Source: Promethearchaeota archaeon
GTDB taxonomy: Archaea; Asgardarchaeota; Heimdallarchaeia; Hodarchaeales; Hodarchaeaceae
Direction of reading: 5' to 3'
Length of the DNA stretch: 64,000 nucleotides
NCBI GenBank assembly: GCA_048938105.1
Contig: JBHLMN010000012.1
Span: forward strand, 132,876-196,875
Positions 56,157 to 64,000 of the stretch are shown here, one piece after another (position 1 is the stretch's first letter; each line of letters begins with the position of its first letter). The translations under genes and the position numbers were made by a program. The notes under the pieces were generated by a model, which searched no databases, had not been told where the DNA came from, and saw only the letters and a program-made list of their open reading frames with translations.

Positions 56157-56216
56157 TGAATTCATGGATGTTTTAGCTATTTGGGAAGGAACTATAAAGA
56201 TAATTCCAGCGTATTT
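56157..56216 (-). repeat. Copy B of the roughly 60-nt repeated segment lying just after a gene stop codon
   Basis: The minus strand reads ...atagttccttcccaaatagctaaaacatccatgaattca. It begins about 20 nt after the stop of gene 56238..57608. Confidence 0.45.
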
Positions 56217-56237
56217 GGTATTACTATTCTCCTCTAT

Positions 56238-57608
56238 TTACTCTCCGTCTTTTCTTCTATAGAAAAGTAATACAGCAATCAATAAAGTGGAAAATGTCAA
56301 CCCTGAAGATGTTCGTGGAGTTGATGATGTACTTGTTTGATCAGTTGAAGTTGACACTGAGGTGCTGCCGTCTTCTACCTCAAGATTAATAATGATTATC
56401 CTTAAATCATCATCCAATTGACCATAATCATTCCATCCAGTAATCATACCCAGTAATACGTATTTACCATCACTTGTTTGTATCATTGATGCAATCAAAG
56501 TCATATGTGAACCTCTAAATGTGACATTGAATTGTATATTACCAGATATATCAGTCTTTAGAAACCACATATCACATACTCCGCTTCCAGGATTAAAAGC
56601 ACCTACAACTGCAAATCCATTATCTGATGTTTGAAGGAGAGAAAGTGCCATATCAATACCAGACTTTCCATAAGTTTGATTCCACTGAATTAATCCTGCT
56701 TCATTAGTTTTCACGAGCCATATATCACTCGAGCCCGCACCAAAAGAAATTGTATAACCTGTAAGTGCATAACCCCCATCAGAAGTTTGAATTAGTTCAA
56801 AGGCCTCATCACCTTCTACCCCTCCATAGGTTTCATTCCATAAAACTCCTCCAGAAGTATTTATTTTTAGAAGCCACATATCTATATAACCTGCTCCAAA
56901 GGATTGTGTGGTTCCTGCTAAAGCAAAATCTCCACTAGATGTTTGTATTGCAGATGTTGCTCGATCATCTTTTTCCCCTCCATACGTTTTATTCCAGATA
57001 GCAACTCCTGAAGCATCGGTTTTCACAATCCACATATCATAATCAGCATTAGCTATAGATGGCCGGGTACTGCCAGTAAGTAGGAATCCTTTATCTGATG
57101 TATAAATTAGTGCACTAGCGTCTTGATATCCATTGTCTCCATATGTTTCATTCCACTCCATGTTTCCATCGCTATCCGTTTTCACAAGCCACATATCATC
57201 TTGACCCTCTCCAAAAGATTCTGTATAACCAACTAAAGCAAATCCTCCATCCGATGTTGAGACAATAGAATGAGCTACATCATCCTCCTCTCCTCCAAAA
57301 GTTTTGTTCCATAAGATTACCCCAGATGCGTCAGTTCTCACAAACCAGAAATCTTTTTTGTTAAAGCTATACGATTCACTATAACCAGCAATTGCAAATC
57401 CCCCACCAGCAGTTTGGATAATTGAAGTTCCACAATCCGACCGTGTCCCCCCATAAGTATGATTCCCCTCAATTATTAGAGTATATTCTTTATTATTGTT
57501 CCTCGAATTCTGTTCTCGACTAGGATGCGAAACAGCAATCATTAAACTAGTCAGTGATGAGAATAATAAGGAAAAAAAGATTATTAGGAATATTTCCTTT
57601 TTTATCAA
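56238..57608 (-). CDS. Secreted/surface protein with about seven roughly 50-aa beta-propeller-like repeats and a C-terminal Ser/Thr linker plus TM anchor
   Basis: N-terminal signal-like helix. Repeats of the type SxxQTSDGGFALxGYTxSFGxGxxDMWLVKTDxxGxxxWNxTYGG. The C-terminus is TSSTPRTSSGLTFSTLLIAVLLFYRRKDGE. Confidence 0.7.
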   Translation of the reverse strand: MIKKEIFLIIFFSLLFSSLTSLMIAVSHPSREQNSRNNNKEYTLIIEGNHTYGGTRSDCGTSIIQTAGGGFAIAGYSESYSFNKKDFWFVRTDASGVILWNKTFGGEEDDVAHSIVSTSDGGFALVGYTESFGEGQDDMWLVKTDSDGNMEWNETYGDNGYQDASALIYTSDKGFLLTGSTRPSIANADYDMWIVKTDASGVAIWNKTYGGEKDDRATSAIQTSSGDFALAGTTQSFGAGYIDMWLLKINTSGGVLWNETYGGVEGDEAFELIQTSDGGYALTGYTISFGAGSSDIWLVKTNEAGLIQWNQTYGKSGIDMALSLLQTSDNGFAVVGAFNPGSGVCDMWFLKTDISGNIQFNVTFRGSHMTLIASMIQTSDGKYVLLGMITGWNDYGQLDDDLRIIIINLEVEDGSTSVSTSTDQTSTSSTPRTSSGLTFSTLLIAVLLFYRRKDGE

Positions 57609-57759
57609 CTATTAATCCGACCAAAATTTTTGTTAATCCAAAATTTAAAGGTGTATTATAATGTAATGGGTTAACAGCTGGGATATTTCCTTAAAAGAAA
57701 CAGAAAAAAAATCATTGAACTTAATGATTTTAACTATACAATTCATACCAAAAAAAGGC

Positions 57760-58152
57760 TTAATTCATTAGTACTCTGTAAAATTTCTTTCTTAAATTCT
57801 TTTTCATTTGTTCTAATAAATATTCATTTCTTTGTGCTTCTTCTAAGTCTTGTTTCATTGTTTTTTCTCTTATCCTCTTTCTTATTTTCTTTCTTATTGA
57901 TTTTAAGCCTTCTTCCTCAAAAAGTCGTTGTAAATATTGTTCGTTTTTGGAGGGTTCCTTTCTCTTATAACCGGAGCATAAGAAATAATAATAAGGATGA
58001 CCTAGTGGAATCTCTTTCAATGTGGCTTTGTGATAATTCAAATATCTCCTTATTTGCTTTTGATTATTCCAGAAATCGGGATTGAATATATATAATCCGT
58101 TATGTAATCTTAACGTACTCTCGAATAGATCTTCAATCTCGTTACTCTTCAC
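57760..58152 (-). CDS. Hypothetical basic protein
   Basis: 130 aa with a Lys/Arg/Glu-rich C-terminal half. No family recognised. Confidence 0.35.
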   Translation of the reverse strand: MKSNEIEDLFESTLRLHNGLYIFNPDFWNNQKQIRRYLNYHKATLKEIPLGHPYYYFLCSGYKRKEPSKNEQYLQRLFEEEGLKSIRKKIRKRIREKTMKQDLEEAQRNEYLLEQMKKNLRKKFYRVLMN

Positions 58153-58278
58153 TCATCTTCACTTATTCTTCTAGGGGCCACTTCAGTAGTTTTCTAATTA
58201 GAACTAAAAAGATACAAGTTAATATTTTTTCTAGAGAAATTCTCCGGATTTAACAATGAAAATTAATTAGGAAAAATA

Positions 58279-59235
58279 TCATCCAAACAATTCGTTGTAT
58301 CTCTTTGTGATTTCTTCTTTGAAGGGCATCGAACTTTGAGCTCCCGTTCTTGTGACTGCAATAGAAGCTGATACATTTGCATAACTTGTAGCTGTTTTTA
58401 AAGTATCACCCTGACATAATCTACTTGCTAAAACACCGTTAAAACAATCACCCGCTCCAACTGTATCAACAGCAGTGACATTGATAGCTGGAACATGATA
58501 TTGGTTCCCACTTTTCTTTTCGGAGACAAAACATCCTCTATCCCCTAATGTAACAATCATTGTCTGTATTCCGATGTTATGGAGATCATTCGTTATTTCC
58601 AATAAGATATCATTTTTTCCCTCGTGTTTTCCTTGAAAACCAAGTGAGGAATATAATTGAAAAAGTTCATTTTCATTTGGTGTTATTATATTAACTTGTT
58701 CCAGAACCTCCATCGAGATTTCTTTAAATGGTGCTGGATTTAGGATTTTAATCGTGTTTTTCTTAGTAATGTGAAAGATTTCTCGAATAACTTTTGTTGA
58801 GATTTCCATTTGCACTACTATTACAGAAGCGTTTTGTATTATATCTGTGGCTTTTTTTAAATCACTCGATGTTAACTTCGCGTTTGCTCCAGGCGCTACA
58901 CTGATCATATTCTGACCATTTGAGTCTATTAAGATAAATGCGACACCACTTGCATTTTTTGGATCTATTATAACATGTGTTGTGTCTATACCTTCATGTG
59001 CCAGATTTTCAAGCATTTGAGTACCAAAAGCATCATGGCCTAATTTACCAATAAAGATTGTTTTGGCTCCTGATCGGATGGATGCAACCGCCTGATTGGC
59101 ACCCTTTCCTCCAAAAGATTGAGTAAAAGTTCCCTCAGTAACTGTTTCTCCAGGTTTGGGAAATCTTTTTGAATAAATATTAAGATCCATGTTACTAGAA
59201 CCAATGATAAGGACGTAATTTCCATTAGATGTCAT
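58279..59235 (-). CDS. rbsK: Ribokinase (PfkB family)
   Basis: GGKGANQAVA near the N-terminus and DTVGAGDCFNG plus AVTRTGAQ near the C-terminus. Confidence 0.8.
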   Translation of the reverse strand: MTSNGNYVLIIGSSNMDLNIYSKRFPKPGETVTEGTFTQSFGGKGANQAVASIRSGAKTIFIGKLGHDAFGTQMLENLAHEGIDTTHVIIDPKNASGVAFILIDSNGQNMISVAPGANAKLTSSDLKKATDIIQNASVIVVQMEISTKVIREIFHITKKNTIKILNPAPFKEISMEVLEQVNIITPNENELFQLYSSLGFQGKHEGKNDILLEITNDLHNIGIQTMIVTLGDRGCFVSEKKSGNQYHVPAINVTAVDTVGAGDCFNGVLASRLCQGDTLKTATSYANVSASIAVTRTGAQSSMPFKEEITKRYNELFG

Positions 59236-59462
59236 TCAAGAACCTCTAATTGTAATCTGACTAGTTTATCCCTTAAGTCAAAATTCCATGATAAAATGAT
59301 TGACTTAATGAAGGTTTTTATAATTTAGTTTTGTGATTTCTGTTCTATAAAGTAATTCTCAAACAGGCTGGAGGAATAGCTTTAATTTATTCTCAATCCA
59401 ATCATAGATTAAACATAATTACTGATCAATGGGTTCACTGCCATAATTTTGAGGCGGTTGTA

Positions 59463-60566
59463 ATGAATTATGAAGATTATTATGACAAAGTATTTGGTGG
59501 GTGGTTAGGTCGGGTTACTGGAAGCCATTTTGGAGCCCCTTTTGAATTTCGTCCGTATTGGTACATCAAAAGGAAGTACTGTGCTGGTGGAAAAAAGGAA
59601 ATAACAGGTTACACTAGAGTTGTCAATCCACAAAGTGTAAATGATGATGAAATCTATGAAATTTGTGGCTTATTGGCATTAGAAGAAAAAGGAGTTAAAA
59701 TTACTGCTTATGATATTGCAGATCAGTGGAACCGACGTCTTTATAAAAAGCAATATACCGCAGAAAAGATAGCTCTGAAAAACATCAAGAAAGGGATTAT
59801 GCCTCCTGATTCAGCTAGTGAATCAAATGGAAATTACTGGTTCGATGCTATTGGAGGACAGATGAAGGGAGATATTTGGGGATTAATTGCTCCAAATCAT
59901 CCCAGAATCGCTGCTCATTATGCACAGATAGACGGTTCAGTGGCTCACCAAGGTGTCGGTATTGATGGTGAAGTTTTTATTGCAGCCATGATTGCGAATG
60001 CTTTTGGAGAATCCAATATTCAAGAAATAATTCATAAATCACTTGATGTATTATCCACAGAGAGTGTTTATCGAGAATTTGTAGAAACAACTGAGAAAAT
60101 ATTTGAGAGACATGAAGAATGGAGACCTGCAAGGGAGGAAATGATGCATGAATGGCACCTCATCAGAAAAAGTCTACGAAAAACAGCATCATCCTTTAAG
60201 AGAGCCAGAATTTTCCTGAAGTACATGCATTGGCTCCACGTTTTACCAAACGCTGGAATCATTGTTTTGAGCTTGTTATATGGATCAGAAGATAAGATTG
60301 ATCCTTTTGGTAGACCCATTTGTATTGCTGGAATGATGGGTTTCGATACTGATTGCAATTGTGGTAATATTGGCACCATAATGGGTACCATATTCGGTGC
60401 TGAAAAAATCCCCTCATCATGGAAAGATCCGCTGGAAGATACTTTCAATACATTTGTTGAGAATTATAGTCAATGGAAAATTTCTGAACTGGCTAAGAGG
60501 ATTTGTGATCTTGGTGTAAAGGTCATTGCCTCTAAAGATTCTATTTTAGGGAAAGATATATCATGA
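59463..60566 (+). CDS. ADP-ribosylglycohydrolase (ARH/DraG) family protein
   Basis: N-terminal GGWLGRVTGSHFGAPFEF, VNDDEIYE, and the C-terminal metal-binding GFDTDCNCGNIGTIMG pattern. Confidence 0.6.
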   Translation: MNYEDYYDKVFGGWLGRVTGSHFGAPFEFRPYWYIKRKYCAGGKKEITGYTRVVNPQSVNDDEIYEICGLLALEEKGVKITAYDIADQWNRRLYKKQYTAEKIALKNIKKGIMPPDSASESNGNYWFDAIGGQMKGDIWGLIAPNHPRIAAHYAQIDGSVAHQGVGIDGEVFIAAMIANAFGESNIQEIIHKSLDVLSTESVYREFVETTEKIFERHEEWRPAREEMMHEWHLIRKSLRKTASSFKRARIFLKYMHWLHVLPNAGIIVLSLLYGSEDKIDPFGRPICIAGMMGFDTDCNCGNIGTIMGTIFGAEKIPSSWKDPLEDTFNTFVENYSQWKISELAKRICDLGVKVIASKDSILGKDIS

Positions 60567-60678
60567 ATCAAAAGCAAGAACAGATGAAATTATTAACAGA
60601 CATGTTATTAGGAGAAAGAAAAAGTCAGGATACTTCAATAGAATATCCTGGTTTCCTTTAAATTTAATATTTGCGTTG

Positions 60679-63600
60679 CTACTTACTTCTTCTCCTAATA
60701 AGAGTGATTACTCCTAGAATAACCAACAAGCTATAACCAGTCCATCCAGGGGTACTCCCATCTTGTGTTGTGGAAGAATCTGTACTTGTTTTGATTGTAG
60801 TTTCACTGGATGACTCTGTTGGAGGTGTTGTAGTAGGAGTCGTAGGTGTTGTAGTGGGAGTGGTTGGGTGTGTTGTTGTTTGGGGCTCTATATTTAGAAT
60901 AGTAAAGGACGAGTCGGAACTATCTTCATTAGTAAAGCCCAGTTCATCGGTTACAATAACCTTAATAACGTAATTCTCGCCGTCAGAGACTGTAGTTGTG
61001 TCCCACTCAATGTTAGTAACCTCTAGACCTTCTGCTATTGGAGTCCAAGATCCTCCTCCATCAGATGAATAATAAACTGAATAATTCAATGAATGACCTA
61101 GTGAATCGATAGACGCTGACCATTGAATATTGATTAGTCCGCCTATAACCTCTCCACCAGAAGGATAAAGCACGATAGGTTCTGAGAGGAGGTGATTTTG
61201 AATGATGAATACTTCAGAGATTGCTGTTCTTTCTAGACCTTCATTATTCCATGCTCTTACCATTATTTGATAAGTTAATCCATCAGTAACCTTACTTGTA
61301 TTCCATAAATATCCAGGGGAAGATAAAGTACCCAAAGATGTCCAAGATGTACCCAAATCATTAGAATAATACAGATCATATGATATTGGAAACTTATAAT
61401 TCCAGCTATCAGTTGAAGCAGCCCATTGAATGGAAATAACACCTGATACACTATCCCCTCCTATTGGTTTTGTTATCACAGGAACAGTAAGGTAATGTCC
61501 AACATTCTCAGTTGTAAAAAAGTCATCAGAGATGTCCTCAAGAATGATTCTGACCTCCTTATATGTTACTTCCTGATAGAATGCTGTTATTTTGAGTAAA
61601 TAGTTTGAACTGTTTGTTAAGGTCAATGTATTCCATAAATAAGAGGTTACGTCTAAATCCTTAGCAATCTCTATCCAAGATACTCCATTGTTAAGTGAAT
61701 AGTATAAATTATATGTGAATAGGTTATTTAGAGGATCACTAGCGGCAGTCCATTGAATGGTGACATTTCCAGATAAGGTCTCTTCCCCATTTGGGAATAA
61801 TATCGTCGGAAATGTGGGTAAATAGTGATTTGCTAGGAGTAATGGATCAAAATTCGCACCGCCATCAAGAGAATAGGTTTTTCCATCAAGATACCCGTCT
61901 TCATCTGCATCTATTCCAAGTTCATCATTCCAATAATTCTTTTTAAAAACGTTATAAGATCCTGAATCATAAGCCTGTGGATTGCCCATGCTATTATTTA
62001 AAAAATTGTTAAACATAACAACATTCCAATTGGAGTTAAAAATGTAAACTCCATATTGTGTATTATTAGTGAACTCATTAGTAAATACTGAATTGTTACT
62101 TCCGTAAACTATTTGGATTCCTTTTTCGCTACAATTTGATATAGAGTTCCAATAAACTGTCGTATTAACTTGATATTGTAATAATATTCCAGAGCCGCTA
62201 GATTGATTATGAATAATATTTGATTTAAGGGTGTTTTCGAATCCATTAAAAATGGCGATAGCAAATCTCATATTGTCATAAAATTCATTTTCAGATATCT
62301 TTGAATTATTTATTTCATGAAGATCAATGATTCCATTCGTTGATCCACTGTTCCGTAAAAAGAAGTTACCTGAAATAGTAAGATTCTCCATGACGGTTCC
62401 ACAAATAACTTGGCCAGTGTCAGAGAAGATGTTATTGGTTATTCTCGAATTATTGGTAGAATAAATATCCAAAGCAGTATAAGTACAGGAACTAATTGTA
62501 TTGTCGTGAATACTCACATTATTGCTAGAATGAATTATAATTCCGCTATAAACGTCTGATAAATGTAAACCTGTTATCTCGATGTTTGTACAATTAAAAA
62601 TAAATACTTGTTCTGTGTATGAAGGGACAGTTAATGGACCAGTCAAATCTTTCCAAAAAATCAGCGGGTTGCCGTTTAATAGATTATTTGAAACCTCAGC
62701 TTGAGCAAATTGAGCATAGATAGACCCATCAATCAATATATCATTGTTATTTAATATATTGTCTTTAATAGTTGTTCTCTGTGTATAGTATATTCTAATG
62801 CCATTGCTGCCACTATTTTCTATAGTGTTATGGACTAATGTAGTGTCAAACGCCGAATAAAGTTCAATTCCATATGTTGTGCTATTATAAATTTTATTAT
62901 GTGACAAGGAATTATGCGTATCCTCAATATATATCCCACGACTATTATTGAACAAAGTATTATTATTGGCGGTGTTCCAAGAATTTAGATAAATACCATA
63001 ATCTATACTATTATTAATGGTGTTATTAATAATAACATGCCAATCATTCGCTTGTATGCCATAATTATTATCATAAAGGACGTTATTGGTTATAGTACTG
63101 TTATAAGCAGTATCCCAGTGTAAAATCCCAGATGATCCAGAGTTCTTGGTATGGTTATAAATTTCATTATCATCAATAGTAGTATTATAAGTATTCGTAG
63201 TGACAATAATTCCACTCCCTACATTACCATGAACAGTATTCTTAGATATAGATGTATTTACGGAATTAACTATGCGCATTCCATTGCCATAAGTCCCTGA
63301 TTGATAATACCAAGAAGAATTGATAGTATTATCCGAAATTGTATTGTAGTATGCAAAATTAGTATATATGCCATTATTCCTATTCTTTTGAATAGTATTA
63401 CCTTCTACACGCGTATGATTTGAACTAGAAAGAACAACACCATCACCATTTGAAGATATTGTATTTCCTGAAATTAATACATGAGACGAGGCACTAACAC
63501 TTACACCACGATTAGTTAAGGTACTGGTAATAGTATTCCCGGTAACATTGATGTTTGATGATCCACCTGAGATTCGAATTCCGTAAGTGGCTGAATCTTC

Positions 63601-64000
63601 AATAAAACTATCTCGAATAAGGATATTTTTAACATTATCAAGGTAAATACCGTAATCGTCCCCCGACAGAGTACAAAAATATATATCAATATATAAATTA
63701 GTGTTCAGGATGGAAATTAATCTCCCTGATATCCCAGTTGTTATATTTTGCGCCCAAATACCAAATGGTTTTTCAGCACTACCGTCTCGACCGTCAAAAG
63801 CCCAGCCATTAGGACCTGCCTGAGAAACTAAATCTGCATCTCCATCTACTGATATAGCCGAGTCAGCCTGTATGGAGCTAATTGATTGTGATACAGAAAA
63901 TAAATCAATTTGCTTATTCTTCGTCTGTTGAAGAAGTGTATATTGACCCCATCCCCACACTACTGATAATGTGATCAAAATAATGACAATAACTATTTTT
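60679..64000 (-). CDS. Very large surface protein (5' end beyond window): parallel beta-helix (PbH1/NosD-like) repeats, three Ig-like/Asp-box modules, Thr/Pro linker and a PGF-CTERM-like anchor
   Basis: Dozens of roughly 22-aa repeats (xxNTIxxNxxxGIxxxxSxxN). Three roughly 100-aa modules carry IQWxASxD and YYSxDGGxSW. The linker is TTTHPTTPTTTPTTPTTTPP and the terminal sequence is STPGWTGYSLLVILGVITLIRRRSK. The frame stays open upstream of the track start (…KIVIVIILITLSVV), so the real start is past 64000. Confidence 0.75.
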   Translation of the reverse strand, partial: KIVIVIILITLSVVWGWGQYTLLQQTKNKQIDLFSVSQSISSIQADSAISVDGDADLVSQAGPNGWAFDGRDGSAEKPFGIWAQNITTGISGRLISILNTNLYIDIYFCTLSGDDYGIYLDNVKNILIRDSFIEDSATYGIRISGGSSNINVTGNTITSTLTNRGVSVSASSHVLISGNTISSNGDGVVLSSSNHTRVEGNTIQKNRNNGIYTNFAYYNTISDNTINSSWYYQSGTYGNGMRIVNSVNTSISKNTVHGNVGSGIIVTTNTYNTTIDDNEIYNHTKNSGSSGILHWDTAYNSTITNNVLYDNNYGIQANDWHVIINNTINNSIDYGIYLNSWNTANNNTLFNNSRGIYIEDTHNSLSHNKIYNSTTYGIELYSAFDTTLVHNTIENSGSNGIRIYYTQRTTIKDNILNNNDILIDGSIYAQFAQAEVSNNLLNGNPLIFWKDLTGPLTVPSYTEQVFIFNCTNIEITGLHLSDVYSGIIIHSSNNVSIHDNTISSCTYTALDIYSTNNSRITNNIFSDTGQVICGTVMENLTISGNFFLRNSGSTNGIIDLHEINNSKISENEFYDNMRFAIAIFNGFENTLKSNIIHNQSSGSGILLQYQVNTTVYWNSISNCSEKGIQIVYGSNNSVFTNEFTNNTQYGVYIFNSNWNVVMFNNFLNNSMGNPQAYDSGSYNVFKKNYWNDELGIDADEDGYLDGKTYSLDGGANFDPLLLANHYLPTFPTILFPNGEETLSGNVTIQWTAASDPLNNLFTYNLYYSLNNGVSWIEIAKDLDVTSYLWNTLTLTNSSNYLLKITAFYQEVTYKEVRIILEDISDDFFTTENVGHYLTVPVITKPIGGDSVSGVISIQWAASTDSWNYKFPISYDLYYSNDLGTSWTSLGTLSSPGYLWNTSKVTDGLTYQIMVRAWNNEGLERTAISEVFIIQNHLLSEPIVLYPSGGEVIGGLINIQWSASIDSLGHSLNYSVYYSSDGGGSWTPIAEGLEVTNIEWDTTTVSDGENYVIKVIVTDELGFTNEDSSDSSFTILNIEPQTTTHPTTPTTTPTTPTTTPPTESSSETTIKTSTDSSTTQDGSTPGWTGYSLLVILGVITLIRRRSK

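Noticed and set aside
1-64000. Search for CRISPR arrays, rRNA/tRNA genes, transposases, integrases, prophage or toxin-antitoxin/defence cassettes.
   Set aside because: I saw no regularly spaced direct repeats, no structured RNA genes, and no ORF with DDE, tyrosine- or serine-recombinase or capsid/terminase-like motifs. The NYN protein alone is insufficient to call a defence system.

Overview
This is an AT-rich (roughly one-third G+C by eye, not computed), densely coding 64-kb chromosomal segment. It holds about 69 credible protein genes. I found no rRNA or tRNA gene, no CRISPR array and no recognisable transposase or integrase. All calls come from reading the ORF translations for family motifs from memory; no database search was possible. 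The gene content suggests an Asgard (Loki-like) archaeon, but that is inference only. The supporting genes are two Rab/Ras-like small GTPases, an LRR gene remnant, many winged-helix regulators, surface proteins with PGF-CTERM-like tails and a heliorhodopsin.

The most interesting part is a light/pigment island at about 12.9-24.8 kb. It contains:
- a CarH-like adenosylcobalamin photoreceptor module (W-x9-E-H plus a lower-axial His) fused to a non-MerR winged-helix domain, lying just downstream of crtB and opposite crtI-crtY;
- a co-directional five-gene cluster of heliorhodopsin, a 5-TM protein with an HxxxH motif, a 500-aa NAD(P)-binding protein, a Staygreen (Mg-dechelatase) homolog and a classical SDR;
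- a divergent TspO-like / DUF1295 gene pair.
No retinal-forming carotenoid oxygenase is recognisable in the window.

The rest of the window holds:
- four ABC transporter modules, an MFS transporter and many wHTH regulators;
- an expansion of ICMT/PEMT-type membrane methyltransferases (one disrupted by in-frame stops) and two CPBP (CAAX-protease-like) proteases;
- an Fpg/Nei-like protein that lacks the N-terminal proline, and an M50-CBS protease;
- two paralogous small GTPases in inverted orientation bracketing a 5.8-kb segment, with a decayed LRR remnant nearby;
- a zinc-ribbon/polyproline/coiled-coil protein;
- two large secreted repeat proteins (beta-propeller-like and parallel beta-helix);
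- a ribokinase / ADP-ribosylglycohydrolase pair.

Several short intergenic motifs recur: a CCGACAA-ATCT box, twin TTCATGAA palindromes, a TCCCAA array and a roughly 60-nt repeat that sits after two stop codons.
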